In this document: piece by piece, positions 1 to 10,848 of the stretch | Layout of the letters: each line of letters begins with the position of its first letter | How positions within the stretch are numbered: position 1 is the stretch's first letter | Source: a virus | Lineage: Duplodnaviria; Caudoviricetes | Reading direction: 5' to 3' (one strand) | IMG/VR virus record: IMGVR_UViG_2831870349_000001 | DNA: 64,000 nt | Notes under the pieces: model-generated | Database searches by the model: none | What the model was told of the DNA's origin: nothing | The model's input: the letters and a program-made list of their open reading frames with translations, nothing else | Made by a program: the position numbers and the translations under genes

Positions 1-639
1 GCGATGATTGGCAAAGCGACAAGGCTTATCTGACGTTCACGAACGAATAACAGCGCAAAGAATTCGAGGATGCTCCCAACAATTTACAGAAAAGATGTTG
101 CATTATCACAGAATACCGCCATAACGATCAATCAGATCACTTTCGCACGTAACTAAGCTTTCGTAGTTTTTATCGATCTCGCGATAGGGAAATCCGCTGA
201 GATGGTCGCACTAATGCGCCACTTTGCCGCGAAGAGGATCCGCCTGGCGAGTCAATGATTGCGCTATCTCTTGACTAGACATTGCCTCCCTCCTTTTACT
301 ACTATCACGGCTGCTGCTATCGGCCGGCTACCCTCAGCTCCTTCTTAGAGAACTCTTGTTTTCGTAAAAAGCAGGGACATTTTATCATTCGCGTCCCGTA
401 AGGAACAATATCACTTTTCGATATATTTCTTTTCCGTTTGTTTTATGGATTGCAAGAATTCTCGGATATAATTGATTATCTGTCTTCGGCAGATGGACTG
501 CAGCGCCTCCGCAGTTCAATGCACTTCTGTACTCCAGCACTAATTAGCAATTAATCGTAATAGTTTTCACATGACTTTGCACTGCCGCTTTTCGCGGGGG
601 CGGAGGCGTGTCCACGGACTAACAGAGGAGTCTAACACC

Positions 640-1695
640 ATGTTCGTGAAGTTTCGGCCGGCGCGTGTCCGGGATTTGGGGGAGTGTTTGGGGTGTTTGC
701 GGGACGGATTTGCATATGATGATCAGGGGCGGGAGGCGCTGCTGGAGATGTGGTCGGAGCTGCTGGCGTCGGGAGCGGCGAATGGGGCGGTGATGGAGGA
801 TGTTTCGGAGCCGCTCGGCAGGCGGATTGTATTCTTTTGTTTCAAGGTGTTTGTGGGGGATGAGTATGTCCGGTTCCTGAAGTCCGAGGCGGGGCCGATG
901 GTGGGGGCGCAGGTGCTGACGGCTTGGCTGAAGGGGGCGTCGCCGTGTCTGTCGGCGTCGCAGATCCGGAAGGCGAATTCGGGGGGTGGAGTCAATATCC
1001 TGGTGCTGAATTCGGGGCTGCCGGAGCGAATGTGGGGTTCGGATCAATTGCGATATTTGGTGGATCGGATCGGGGAGTTTTCCTGCTATTTTACATCGGG
1101 GTATCGATGCAAGGAGCTGCTGGAGGAGTTTTACACGGACTTTGAGTACCAATGGGCCGCCGGGGCGGGGTTCCGTGTGCGAACGCGGTATGGGAAGTTT
1201 TTGGATCGAAGGGATTTGCCAGAGTGGGATGGGCGTGAATGGGCTCCGGTGCTTTATGGGGTGACGGCGGAAGAGGCGGCGGCGAGCGCGGGAACGCTGG
1301 CGTCGATGATGTTCGGGTATCAGGAGCCAAGGTTTTTCTTTCGGCGCTGCGAGCAGGAGCTTTTGGTAGAGGCGCTGCTGGGGGAGACGGATGAGACTCT
1401 GGCGGCGTCGCTGGGTGTGGCGGCGGTGACGGTGCGCAAGCGCTGGGACAGCATTTACTGCCGGGTGGCGGAACGCGCGCCGGAGCTGCTGTCGCGAGAG
1501 GCGGGTGGATATGGGACGTCGCGGGTGACCGAGAAGAAGCGGCTGCTGCTGAGTTATTTGAGACAGCATTTGGAGGAACTGCGGCCGGCGGAAGCGCCGG
1601 GGAAGGCGCCTGAGAAGGATGGACTGAATACTGCCGCGCCGAGGGTGTTTCGGTTGAGCAAGGGACAGAAGATCCCCGTCCCCCCCTCTCGCTGA
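640..1695 (+). CDS. Putative transcriptional regulator with C-terminal LuxR/sigma-like HTH
   Basis: Long ORF with GAGGAG RBS before ATG 640; C-terminal ETDETLAASLGVAAVTVRKRW looks like an HTH. Confidence 0.55.
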   Translation: MFVKFRPARVRDLGECLGCLRDGFAYDDQGREALLEMWSELLASGAANGAVMEDVSEPLGRRIVFFCFKVFVGDEYVRFLKSEAGPMVGAQVLTAWLKGASPCLSASQIRKANSGGGVNILVLNSGLPERMWGSDQLRYLVDRIGEFSCYFTSGYRCKELLEEFYTDFEYQWAAGAGFRVRTRYGKFLDRRDLPEWDGREWAPVLYGVTAEEAAASAGTLASMMFGYQEPRFFFRRCEQELLVEALLGETDETLAASLGVAAVTVRKRWDSIYCRVAERAPELLSREAGGYGTSRVTEKKRLLLSYLRQHLEELRPAEAPGKAPEKDGLNTAAPRVFRLSKGQKIPVPPSR

Positions 1696-1797
1696 AGCTC
1701 GTTTTTCCCCTCTCCCGGCTTTGATCTTGTGCCGGGAAGGGAGGAATCACTCTGTACCGCACGAGTTTTATCGTGGGATTTGAAGAGAGGGCTGTTG

Positions 1798-2841
1798 CTA
1801 TTTAATGGCGATGAGCTCGACTTCGAAGGTGAGGGTTGCGTTGGGTGGGATGACGCCGCCGGCGCCGTTTGCGCCGTAGCCGAGGGCGGGCGGAATGGTG
1901 AGCTTGCGCTTGCCGCCGACTTTCATGCCGGCGACGCCTTCATCCCAGCCGGGAATGACCTGGCCGGCGCCAAGACCGAATTCGAACGGGGTGTCGCCGT
2001 GATCGCGGGAGGCGTCGAATTTGGTCCCGTCCGCGAGCGTGCCGATGTAGTGAACATCGACGGTTTGGCCGGCCTTCGCAGTCGCGCCTGTTCCGACGAC
2101 GAGGTCCTGATATTGCAGACCGCTGGGAGTGGTGATGGTTTCCGGTGCGGCCGGCTTGGCGCCGGCGATGGCGTCTTTTGCGGCTTTGAGCAGAGCGTCG
2201 GAATCCACACGGACTTTGTAGTCCGGGTTTGAGTAGGCGAACTTGATGTTCCCCTGAGTGTCGAGGACGTAGGCGGCAGGAACGGGGAGCATGGGCTGTG
2301 GCTGTCCGGTGCGGTCCTTCAGATCGACGCCGAAGCCTTTGAGGGATTTATCCATGTCCGGACTGACGGAATAGGCGACACCAAAGGCGAGAGACGCGCT
2401 CATGCCGGCGTCGGTCAGCAGTTGATAGGTAAGCTTGTCCTTACCGGCCATTTCGGCCAGCAGCGGCGCTTTGTCTGGGGAGATGGCGAGCACCTGGTAG
2501 CCGAGCTTGGTCAAATCGGGCTCGATCTTTTGCAGTGACGATAGATGGGCGTTACAGTAGGGGCACCAGCCGCCACGGAAAAAGATCAAGATGGTCGGTT
2601 TGGAGGCGATCGCTTTGTCGAGATCGAACCGTTTGCCATTGGCGTCGATTAGCGAAAGCAGTTTCGGCGTGGTGTCGCCCGCTTTGAGTGGATGCGTGTC
2701 TTGCGGGGACGCGGGAACAGCGTAGGCGGGATCAGCGATGACGGGCGCTGGGGTGGCCGCGTACGCGGCGATTTGCGGTGTGGACAGAACGCCGGCGGCG
2801 AGCGCGGCGAGTGTAATGGTTTTCAGCGATGAATGGCGCAT
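1798..2841 (-). CDS. Secreted peroxiredoxin-like (AhpC/TSA) domain fused to FKBP-type peptidyl-prolyl isomerase
   Basis: Signal peptide; [11 protein letters not shown] redoxin motif; C-terminal [16 protein letters not shown]...[10 protein letters not shown]...PPALGYG...[12 protein letters not shown] signature. Confidence 0.9.
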   Translation of the reverse strand: MRHSSLKTITLAALAAGVLSTPQIAAYAATPAPVIADPAYAVPASPQDTHPLKAGDTTPKLLSLIDANGKRFDLDKAIASKPTILIFFRGGWCPYCNAHLSSLQKIEPDLTKLGYQVLAISPDKAPLLAEMAGKDKLTYQLLTDAGMSASLAFGVAYSVSPDMDKSLKGFGVDLKDRTGQPQPMLPVPAAYVLDTQGNIKFAYSNPDYKVRVDSDALLKAAKDAIAGAKPAAPETITTPSGLQYQDLVVGTGATAKAGQTVDVHYIGTLADGTKFDASRDHGDTPFEFGLGAGQVIPGWDEGVAGMKVGGKRKLTIPPALGYGANGAGGVIPPNATLTFEVELIAIK

Positions 2842-2955
2842 AGGGGATCTCCGGGAGGGTAAAGCGTTGGTTCCCTCTATATAGCATAATTGCGGGAGGT
2901 TTAGTTCCACGCGCGCACGCCTTTTCCATATGGAAAAGAGTTTATGCCGGAAGGG

Positions 2956-2987
2956 TAGATATACGAACATATGTGCGGTATTATAAT
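2956..2987 (+). promoter_or_regulatory. Sigma70-like promoter with overlapping LexA/SOS-box-like site
   Basis: TAGATA-17nt-TATTAT (also TATAAT at 2982); spacer contains CGAACATATGTGCG, one mismatch from CGAAC-N4-GTTCG. Confidence 0.45.
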
Positions 2988-3183
2988 ATTGTGATCGAAA
3001 CTTCTCCTCCTCTTTTTGGGGCGGCGGGGCGTATCTCCACGTTCCGCCGCCTCAATCTTGATGGAGAAGCAATATTAAAGATCCATTGTGCTGCTGGGTG
3101 AGAGATCGTCATTCTCACGCTCGCTTTTTTATGTCGGACACCGCCTGGGCAGGCGGTTTATTTTTTACTCAGGAGTGAATCAT

Positions 3184-3504
3184 ATGTCTACTTTTGCGGA
3201 GCACCGGCGGAATTTGATGCGGGCTTTGGCGGGTGAGCGGGCACAGCGGGATTTGCTGAAGGTGGCTTGTGCGGAGGCAGGGGCGGAGTATCGGGTGGTG
3301 CATGTGCCGCCGGATGACGCGGGGACGGGAGCGCCGGACCGGGATACGGTGCGGCGGTGGCCGACGGAGGCGTACGCGGGGCGTCCCTATCAACTGCGCG
3401 CGGACGACCGGCCACTGCTGCAGTGTCCTCCTGGAGCGATTGAGCAGATGGTGAAGAAGCGTGCCCCAGCCGCAAATCCAGTCGAACGGAGTGCGGACTT
3501 CTGA
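3184..3504 (+). CDS. Hypothetical protein
   Basis: AGGAG RBS before ATG 3184; host-like codon usage. Confidence 0.6.
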   Translation: MSTFAEHRRNLMRALAGERAQRDLLKVACAEAGAEYRVVHVPPDDAGTGAPDRDTVRRWPTEAYAGRPYQLRADDRPLLQCPPGAIEQMVKKRAPAANPVERSADF

Positions 3505-3511
3505 GTTTGTC

Positions 3512-3766
3512 TTACTGGGAACGGTCGTTGGATACTTGCACCGCCGATGGCAGAGTGCGTCCTGGTTTCTCGGTCGGAAGTAGTGTGAAAGGCGAGAGCG
3601 CGATTTTGTCCGCAAGGATCGGTGTTTGCAGAGTGCGATGCAGCGACATGGCGCGGCGCTTGACTGCGGCTTTTTTATGGCCGGTCGCGGGGGCGGCGTG
3701 GACGCAGGGCAGCGTGAGGGTGGAAACGGTCAAAATCGCGGCGATGACGCCATGGAACTTGATCAT
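3512..3766 (-). CDS. Small secreted protein (paralog of 3948-4181)
   Basis: Signal peptide ending VHA; shared ALSxFTLLP motif; GAGG RBS. Confidence 0.55.
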   Translation of the reverse strand: MIKFHGVIAAILTVSTLTLPCVHAAPATGHKKAAVKRRAMSLHRTLQTPILADKIALSPFTLLPTEKPGRTLPSAVQVSNDRSQ

Positions 3767-3947
3767 GATGTGGCTACCTCTGTGTTGGCGTGCAAGAGCA
3801 AATGTTGCTGGTCGGTAACCTTCCTTGCAGAATCCATGCCAGGATGAGTTGAGACTTCCTGAAATACTGAAGCTTTTCTCTCAAGGAAGCGGTCGTAATG
3901 TCATGTTTACACTTGACGATCGGCTGCCTCAACTGAGTTACTGCTGC

Positions 3948-4181
3948 TTAGTGCTTGGAGGTTTGGAGTATTTGGCTGGAGGCTGCCAGGACGCGCAAAG
4001 TAGGGCTCATCGGGAGCAAGGTGAAGCCGGAGAGGGCGACTTGCGGTCGCGGCGTCGTGTTCGGGCGCCGGGCGGTCGTTTTGACTTTCGCATGGCGCAC
4101 CGGAGCGCCGGCGTGGGCGGTGGCGGCGATTGCGGCGAACGCCAAAACCGCGAATATCGTGCGATGGAGATGGTTCATCAT
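3948..4181 (-). CDS. Small secreted protein (paralog of 3512-3766)
   Basis: Signal peptide ending AHA; ALSGFTLLP motif. Confidence 0.55.
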   Translation of the reverse strand: MMNHLHRTIFAVLAFAAIAATAHAGAPVRHAKVKTTARRPNTTPRPQVALSGFTLLPMSPTLRVLAASSQILQTSKH

Positions 4182-4313
4182 GTTTTCTACCCCTGGCTGG
4201 CGGACGCTGAGATAGTACTATTCTCGGCTCGATTGCATGGGGAACATATGGTTTTGGAGCAGTCAAGGCAAAATCCAGTAATTTCGCTGGCATTACGAAT
4301 GGGGTGGAAAGTA

Positions 4314-4832
4314 ATGACGGATAGTGCTCCGGGCAAGAAAGACGGCGGGGCGGCGCGTAAGCGTCCCAGCAGCGGCGGCAGATATCGCGCGCTGCAAAGC
4401 GAGAGGCTGAAGGAGCTTGCGGCCAGGCATGCGGGGGATTTGGAGCCGCTGGATCTGCTGCCGGAGCTGGCGTTGCTGCGGGCGCTGCTGACGGATTATG
4501 TGGAGCGCTATGACCGGTTTTCGGCGGCGCTGATCGCGTGGCATGAATCGTTCGGGAACCCGGAGCGGCCGGCGAAACCGGTGAAGATTTTGGATGTGGC
4601 GGCGGCGGGATCGCTGCTGGCGCAGGTGGGGACGCTCGCGCTGAGGATCGAGAAGCAGAAGAGCGCGGGCGCGATCGGGCTGGCGGCGCTGGACGCGGTG
4701 ATGGGACAGATGGGCGCGGCGCTGGTGCAGGCCGCGCAGGAGACGATTGACGACGATGACACGCGCACCAAACTCCTTGACTTTGTGGAACGCCGATGGG
4801 GAGCGATCGACATCCAGCCCCAGCGCGTCTAG
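4314..4832 (+). CDS. Probable terminase small subunit (resident element)
   Basis: Directly upstream of and overlapping terL; GGRY followed by helical ELALLRALL pattern. Confidence 0.55.
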   Translation: MTDSAPGKKDGGAARKRPSSGGRYRALQSERLKELAARHAGDLEPLDLLPELALLRALLTDYVERYDRFSAALIAWHESFGNPERPAKPVKILDVAAAGSLLAQVGTLALRIEKQKSAGAIGLAALDAVMGQMGAALVQAAQETIDDDDTRTKLLDFVERRWGAIDIQPQRV

Positions 4833-6357
4833 CGGCGGAAGGACGGCGTCAAAGAGTGAAAGCCCCGCGTCAAAAGCGTTGCGGCGGGAGCGGGATCGGG
4901 CGCCAGTGGGACTTCCTCCACCGCAGCCGGGGCCGCAGACGGATTTTTACAACAGTCGCGCGGATATCGTGATTTTTGGCGGGGCGGCGGGCGGCGGCAA
5001 GACCTTTGGGCTGCTGCTGGAGTGTCTGCGTCATCGGAATAATCCTTACTTTAACTTCGTGATTTTTCGTCGCACGTCGCCGCCGATTACGGCGAATGGG
5101 GGCTTGTGGGATGCGTCGCTAAAGCTTTTTCCAAGGACTGGCGCGAAGCCGAACTTGACGACTTTGAGCTGGAAGTTTCCGAGCGGGGCAAAAGGAAAAA
5201 TGGCTCATTTGCAGCGCGCGGATACTGTCCATGACTGGCAGGGGACGGAGATTCCGCTCATTTGTTTTGATGAGCTGACGCACTTCACGGAAGACCAGTT
5301 CTTCTATTTGCTGTCGCGCAATCGATCAACAAGCGGCGTGCGGCCTTATGTGCGGGCGACGACGAATCCGAAGGCGGGCTCGTGGGTGAAGAAGTTTCTG
5401 GCGCCGTGGCTGGATAAGAACCGTCTGGACCGGGCGGCGCATGGAGAGCTGCGCTGGTTTACTCGGGTGAATGGCGAGATCGTTTGGGTGGACGAAAACT
5501 GGCGTGATGAGGAAGGGCTGCCTGGAAAGTCCGTCACGTTTATCTTCTCCAGTGTTTACGACAACAAGCTTCTCTTAGAGATCGATCCGCACTATCTGGT
5601 GAATTTGAAGTCGCTTCCGGAAGTCGAGCAGGCGCGATTGCTGCGCGGCGACTGGGATGTTCAAGAAGGCGCGTACTTCTCCGAGTGGTCGGAGGCGAAG
5701 CATGTGCGGCTCTCGGTGGAGATTCCCACGTGGTATCGCTTTTTTGGAGGATTGGATTATGGCAAGGCCGCTCCGTTTTGCTTTCTTTTGATGGCGAGTG
5801 ACGACGCCGGCAATGTGACGGTGATGGATGAGGTGTATGAAACCCGTCTGACGCCGGGGGAGCAGGCGGTGAAAGTCGCGCAGGTTTTGGAGCGCTATGG
5901 GATCGCGCCAAAGTCATGCCCGATCTATGCGGACCCATCGATCTTCCCGCCGCAAGAGGCGAAGGCGCGGGCGGGGCATCCGGGCAAATATATCGCCGAG
6001 GAGTATTGGAGTGAAGGTCTCAATGTCATCCGGGCCAATAACGACCGCGTGAACGGCTGGGCGCGGGTGCGCGAATATCTGCACGAACCGGGCGCGCTGA
6101 CAGTGTTCCAAGGCCGCTGTCCGAATCTGATTCGGACGATTGGGACACTGGGGCCGGATCCGAGGGACTTGGAAGATCTGGATACGACGGCGGAGGATCA
6201 CGGTGCCGACTCCTTGAGATACGGATTGCTTTCGAGACCCGCGCGGGCAAAGCGGCCGGATTCGGACGAGGAGCGTGTGCTGAAGTATCGGGGTGTGAAG
6301 GTGATCGACCCGAAGCGGCTGCCGCATGCGCTGATGGAGAGTGAGGATGAGTGGTAG
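4747..6357 (+). CDS. terL: Terminase large subunit (Terminase_6 type)
   Basis: PQPGPQ adenine-binding motif, Walker A GGAAGGGKT, Walker B ICFDE, ATTNP coupling motif, nuclease GLDYG and DHGADSLRY. Confidence 0.92.
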   Translation: MTTMTRAPNSLTLWNADGERSTSSPSASSGGRTASKSESPASKALRRERDRAPVGLPPPQPGPQTDFYNSRADIVIFGGAAGGGKTFGLLLECLRHRNNPYFNFVIFRRTSPPITANGGLWDASLKLFPRTGAKPNLTTLSWKFPSGAKGKMAHLQRADTVHDWQGTEIPLICFDELTHFTEDQFFYLLSRNRSTSGVRPYVRATTNPKAGSWVKKFLAPWLDKNRLDRAAHGELRWFTRVNGEIVWVDENWRDEEGLPGKSVTFIFSSVYDNKLLLEIDPHYLVNLKSLPEVEQARLLRGDWDVQEGAYFSEWSEAKHVRLSVEIPTWYRFFGGLDYGKAAPFCFLLMASDDAGNVTVMDEVYETRLTPGEQAVKVAQVLERYGIAPKSCPIYADPSIFPPQEAKARAGHPGKYIAEEYWSEGLNVIRANNDRVNGWARVREYLHEPGALTVFQGRCPNLIRTIGTLGPDPRDLEDLDTTAEDHGADSLRYGLLSRPARAKRPDSDEERVLKYRGVKVIDPKRLPHALMESEDEW

Positions 6358-6383
6358 GGGGCGAGCCCACAAAGGAGAAGCCA

Positions 6384-6677
6384 ATGGATGATTTTGTCGT
6401 CGGAGTGCTTGCTGGGACGTTGATGGGGCTGTTGTTGCTGCGCAGTCGGCGTGTGGCGGGTGAGGCGCCAGCGGAAGCTGACGAGGCTGAGACGCAAGGG
6501 CCGAAATTGGAGCTTGTGGAGACGGCGGAGCCGGATGCTTATGAGGATCCGGGGAAGGTGGAGCGTCAGCAGCAATTGGAGCGGTATCGACGGCTGCTGC
6601 GTGAGGAGTTTGGGGTGGATCATGCGGGGAGCCTGGTCGACCCGATGACGGGAGAGGAAGCGGCGACGCATGGCTGA
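6384..6677 (+). CDS. Small membrane-anchored phage protein
   Basis: AAGGAG RBS, N-terminal hydrophobic helix, lies between terL and portal. Confidence 0.6.
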   Translation: MDDFVVGVLAGTLMGLLLLRSRRVAGEAPAEADEAETQGPKLELVETAEPDAYEDPGKVERQQQLERYRRLLREEFGVDHAGSLVDPMTGEEAATHG

Positions 6678-8848
6678 GCAAATTCCGAAGAAGAAGGCGC
6701 GGGCGACGGTGACGCTGCGGGACCCGTCGAACGTGGATAGCGAATTGTCGGCGGACGATGTGATTCGGACGCCGACGATGCCCGGGGAAGATGAGATTGC
6801 GCTGGCGCGGCTGGTGGACGAGAGATATAACAGCGCGGCGGATAATCGTCGAATCCATGAGCCGGCGTGGTTTGAGAGCCTGGCGTTTTATCTGGGCAAC
6901 CAATGGGTGAGCTGGTCGAATGCGCATGGAATACTGCGGTCGATGCGCGATCCTCGGCGCCCGCATCAGGTCTACGCCGTGCGCAATAAGATCCGGCCGA
7001 AGATCAAGAAGCTGCTGGCGCGGGGACTGAGCGCGTCGCCGGACGCGGGGGTGGCGCCGCTCACGGCGTCGGATCTGGACCGAGCGGCGGCGGCTGAGGC
7101 GCGGGCGCTGATCGAGCATCTGGACAATATCTGGCGGCGTCCCCATCAGGTGAAGAGATTGGCGCGGTTCGCGCTGACGACATCGACGGCGTTTTTGAAG
7201 ATTTACTGGGACCCGGACCGGCGCGCGGAAGTTCCAAAATTCGATGCGGCCGGGGCGATCGTGGGATCGTCCACGGCGGCGATCGGCGATATCTGCGAGG
7301 ACATCGCGCCGATCTTCGAGATCTATCTGGATCCGAAGGCGCGTGAGTGGGAGGACGTGGCGTGGCTGATCCACGCGAAAGTCCGATCGCTGGAAGAGCT
7401 GCGGGCGAAGTATGGGGACAGGGCTCTGGACATTGAGGGCGACGCCGGCGGCGGAGTTGGCGGATATGTCGAGAGCCGACTGGCGTCGGTGGTCGGGGAA
7501 TATGGGCGCGGCTCGGAGCCGGGGCAGTCGCAGAAGAGCGTGCTGGTGAAGGAGCTGTGGGAGAAGCCTACGCTGCGCTTTCCTGAAGGGCGATTGATTA
7601 CGGTGGCCGGCGGACGCGTGCTGCGCGATGATCCATGGCCGTACGCTAAGAAGGATGATTTCCCGTTTGTCCCATTATCGTTTGAAGATGGGCAAAGCAC
7701 GGTGTATGGGCTTAACGCCGTCTCCGATTTGATCTCGGCCCAGCGGTCGTACAATGAAGGGATTTCGCGGACGATCGAGCATCGCAAGACGGCCTGGGGA
7801 AAGATCCTCGCCCAGGAGGGCAGCGAGATTGGGGTGGACGCCTTCGACAGCGCCGCGCCGGGCGAGGTGATCTATTACAAGCAGGGCAGCGTGCCGCCAC
7901 AGCATATCCCCGCGCCGCCGCTGCCTCCGTTTCTACTGCAAATGCTTCAGATGGACGAGGGGGATATGAACGATATCTCTGGAGTGCATGAAGTCTCCGA
8001 AGGCGGGGTGCCGGCCGGGGTGACGGCGGCGTCGGCGATTCAGCAACTGCTGGAATCGGATACGACGCAGATGGCGGACTTTATCGAGAATATCGAAACG
8101 TGGCATCAGAGGCGCGCGGAGTGGGAGATTGCGCTGGCGGCGCAGTTTTACAAAGAGCCGAGACTGGTTTGGGTTTCGGAAGGGACGGGGGCTGGGCCTC
8201 ATCCGGCGCTGAAGCGCCACCCTCTCCCAATTCTGGGAGAGGATTTGGATGCTCCTCGGCCCCCAGTGGGGGAGCAGGCGATCGGGGCGGGTGGGGGTGG
8301 CTCGCTGCCGAATGGGCTTGCTTCTCCCGATTCCCTGGGGCGAGCGATGGGGGCGGGGAACGGAGGCGCGCCTTTGGCGTCTTCGCCTCCGCCTCCGCCG
8401 GCGGACGGATGGCTGGCGCCGGTGATGCAGGCGCGTTCGTTCGGGAGACCCGACGGCGGCGAAGATCCTGCTGGAAGAGCTGGAGTACACGAATCCGGAC
8501 ACGGTCTACGAGACGATGCTCCAGGCGCGGATGGATGCGCTGGCGATCGCGAAGGCGTCGCAGCCCGATCCCGAGCAAGCGGCGGCAATGCAGCAGCAGC
8601 ATGCGGCTGAGATGGCGCAGGCCCAGCAGCAACATGCGGCAGAGCTCGCGGCGATCCAGCATCAGCAGGAGGAGACGGCGGCGCGCACCCAGATGGAGCA
8701 CGAGGCGCAGCTCAAGGCGATCGACCATCAGCACGCGATGGATCTGGAGACGCACAAGGCTCAGTTGGAGATCGAGAAGTGGCGCGCGGAGCATTCGGCG
8801 GAAGCGAATGGGGGGCCGTCACAGACGATACCGGGGGTGTCGGATTAA
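6670..8848 (+). pseudogene. P22-like portal protein with a frameshift or deletion near 8440
   Basis: Portal-like N-terminus (FYLGNQW, NKIRP, GVHEVSEG, SAIQQLLE); after QARSF the portal-like text (GDPTAAKILLEELEY...QQQ coiled coil) continues in another frame to TAA 8848. Confidence 0.75.
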
Positions 8849-8921
8849 TTTATGGTTGTGTGGAGATTTGCCTGTCGCGCCTTCCTGTTTGCCCGTTTTC
8901 CTTGATGTGTGGAACGCCCAT

Positions 8922-9455
8922 TCAGGACGTCGTAAGGACGTTGGAATTGTGATGCAGTAATCGGTCGAGAAGGGGTTGTGGGAATTTCGACGTGGTTGCC
9001 CGTGATTCGCCGGCGCTGGTAAAAATTTCAACGTTGGCGCATCCGAAACAGATCACCAAGTCCACGGATTGGCCATGGAATGTCGCGCGAACGCCATGAT
9101 GCGGCTCAAAGCAGCCGGCGCCAAGCTCGTTCGCGGTCAGCCCCCTTTCGAGCTCCGCGACGATTTCACGGCGCTTTACCGCATTGCGGATTGTCAGAGA
9201 GCTGGCAAGTCGATATCCATGAAATGCATGCCTTTTGGCGGATCCGCCGGGCGCGATTGGGACGATCTCAGGATCCAGCGAGAAAAGAGTGAGGTGATTA
9301 CAATGCTCGAGAATATACTGCGCACGGCGCGACATGACCTGATCCATTGTGTTACTTCTTGGTTTCGTCAGATCGCCGCCGCTTGCAGGAATACATAAGC
9401 CGCTAAGTAGTAGCGCAGCCGTAAGCCTGCTCCACATTTGCGAGTGAATTTTCAT
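8922..9455 (-). CDS. Hypothetical exported protein inserted against the operon direction
   Basis: Signal-peptide-like N-terminus; CFEPHHGVR...ICFGC motif. Confidence 0.6.
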   Translation of the reverse strand: MKIHSQMWSRLTAALLLSGLCIPASGGDLTKPRSNTMDQVMSRRAQYILEHCNHLTLFSLDPEIVPIAPGGSAKRHAFHGYRLASSLTIRNAVKRREIVAELERGLTANELGAGCFEPHHGVRATFHGQSVDLVICFGCANVEIFTSAGESRATTSKFPQPLLDRLLHHNSNVLTTS

Positions 9456-9502
9456 AACGTCAGTGTACCAGCAGAAATCAAATCTATGTCAGGAGATCTA
9501 CT

Positions 9503-9823
9503 ATGGCGAAACGAATGATCGATCCTCATCTGACGCCGCATCCCGTATTGCCGGGACGCGCGGTGTCTGGGCGTATCCTGCCGAGTGTGACGGCAATGAC
9601 TGGGGCGGTCCCTCCGCTCGACGCTCCGATCACGAAGATCCACCCCCGGGCCGCTGCGGCAATTAGTGGAGGCGGGGCGCATCTTTTGCCGGCGCTGCCA
9701 CCGGTGATGATTGCGTCGGTGAAGCCGCGCGCAGCGCGTCCGGCGTCGAAGCCGTATTCGATCAAGGCGAAGCCCGCAGCGGCGAAGGCCAAGACGGCGT
9801 GTCGGCCGCGCGGTAAGAAATAG
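9503..9823 (+). CDS. Basic Pro/Ala/Lys-rich small protein
   Basis: AGGAG RBS; lies in the head operon. Confidence 0.5.
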   Translation: MAKRMIDPHLTPHPVLPGRAVSGRILPSVTAMTGAVPPLDAPITKIHPRAAAAISGGGAHLLPALPPVMIASVKPRAARPASKPYSIKAKPAAAKAKTACRPRGKK

Positions 9824-9849
9824 GCGTTTTCGAGGGGACTTATACATCC

Positions 9850-10632
9850 ATGGATGATTTTAATGAAGGGGCGTTAAACGACGGAGCCGACGCGTCGCCC
9901 GCGGACGGCATGGAGATTGCGGACTGGTACGCTTCACCCGAGGATTCGGAAGAGGTCGCCGCTCTTTCGGAAGATGACGACATCGATCAGGCGTTAAATG
10001 AGGATGCCGACGAGGATGAAGCGCGGGGGCCGGTGCCGTACGAGCGGTTCCATCAGGTCAATGAGCGCTATCAGGAGCTCAACCGGTGGTCGCCGATCCT
10101 GGAGGCGCTTCGCGCTGAAGGATATGATAGTCCCGAGGCTGTGCAGGAGGCGTTGGAGCAGCGCGCCCTGGAGGCCGAACAAACGCAAGTGGCGGCCGCG
10201 TATCAGCAGCAGGTCGACCAGGGCCTGCTGGATCCGCAGGTCGCAAGTCAGCGTCTGCGGGCGGAGCTGGAGCATCGCGCGCTGCAGCGGGAGCGCGAGC
10301 AGCTGGCGGGGTGGATGCGCGAGCAAGACCTCGCCGCCGTGAGCCGCCGCTACCCCGAGGCGGACACGGATTATGTGCGGGCGATGGCCGCCGCAACGGG
10401 CCGGCCGGTCGCGGACCTCGCGCGAGAGTCGCACGAGCAGCGGACGGCTTACCGTGAGCGGGTGATCGCGGACTATCACAACCAGAAGGAAGGGGACCGA
10501 AGGCGCGGCGCTCCCGAGGGCGGCGGCGGCAAAAACGCCCCGCGCCGGGGCGGCGTGCCGGAGATCAACTCCCCCGACTTCGACAAATGGTACGAACAAG
10601 AGCTGCGTAAGACGCTGCAAACATATCGGTAG
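9850..10632 (+). CDS. Probable capsid scaffolding protein
   Basis: Acidic N-terminus, VPYERFHQVN motif, coiled coil; immediately upstream of the capsid gene. Confidence 0.7.
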   Translation: MDDFNEGALNDGADASPADGMEIADWYASPEDSEEVAALSEDDDIDQALNEDADEDEARGPVPYERFHQVNERYQELNRWSPILEALRAEGYDSPEAVQEALEQRALEAEQTQVAAAYQQQVDQGLLDPQVASQRLRAELEHRALQREREQLAGWMREQDLAAVSRRYPEADTDYVRAMAAATGRPVADLARESHEQRTAYRERVIADYHNQKEGDRRRGAPEGGGGKNAPRRGGVPEINSPDFDKWYEQELRKTLQTYR

Positions 10633-10636
10633 ATCG

Positions 10637-10783
10637 GCCCTCACCCCCCTGCCCCCTCTCCCTATTTTGGGAGAGGGGGAGTCAGAGGGAGTGATAAGGT
10701 CTTTTGGATCACAGATCCAAATCTTGATCTCATCTTAACCCTCTCCCCGAATAAAGAGAGTTGGCGAAGGGCCGGGTGAGGGC
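10637..10783. repeat. REP-like palindromic element pair
   Basis: Outer IR GCCCTCACCC/GGGTGAGGGC and inner CCCCCTCTCCC...GGGAGAGGGGG; related CCCCTCTCCC...GGGAAGGG at about 1675-1745. Confidence 0.6.
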
Positions 10784-10848
10784 TTTTCAGCGTGCGGCCA
10801 GTGGGGCCGGGCGCTTCTTTTATGACACAGTAAGGACTGTAACTAGCC

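Noticed and set aside
211-282. 23-aa minus-strand ORF with strong GGAGGGAGG RBS
   Set aside because: Too short and too near the window edge to support; may be a leader peptide or remnant.
3825-4313. N-terminal extension of the 335-aa ORF
   Set aside because: Overlaps the minus-strand secreted peptide gene; the real start is more likely ATG 4314.
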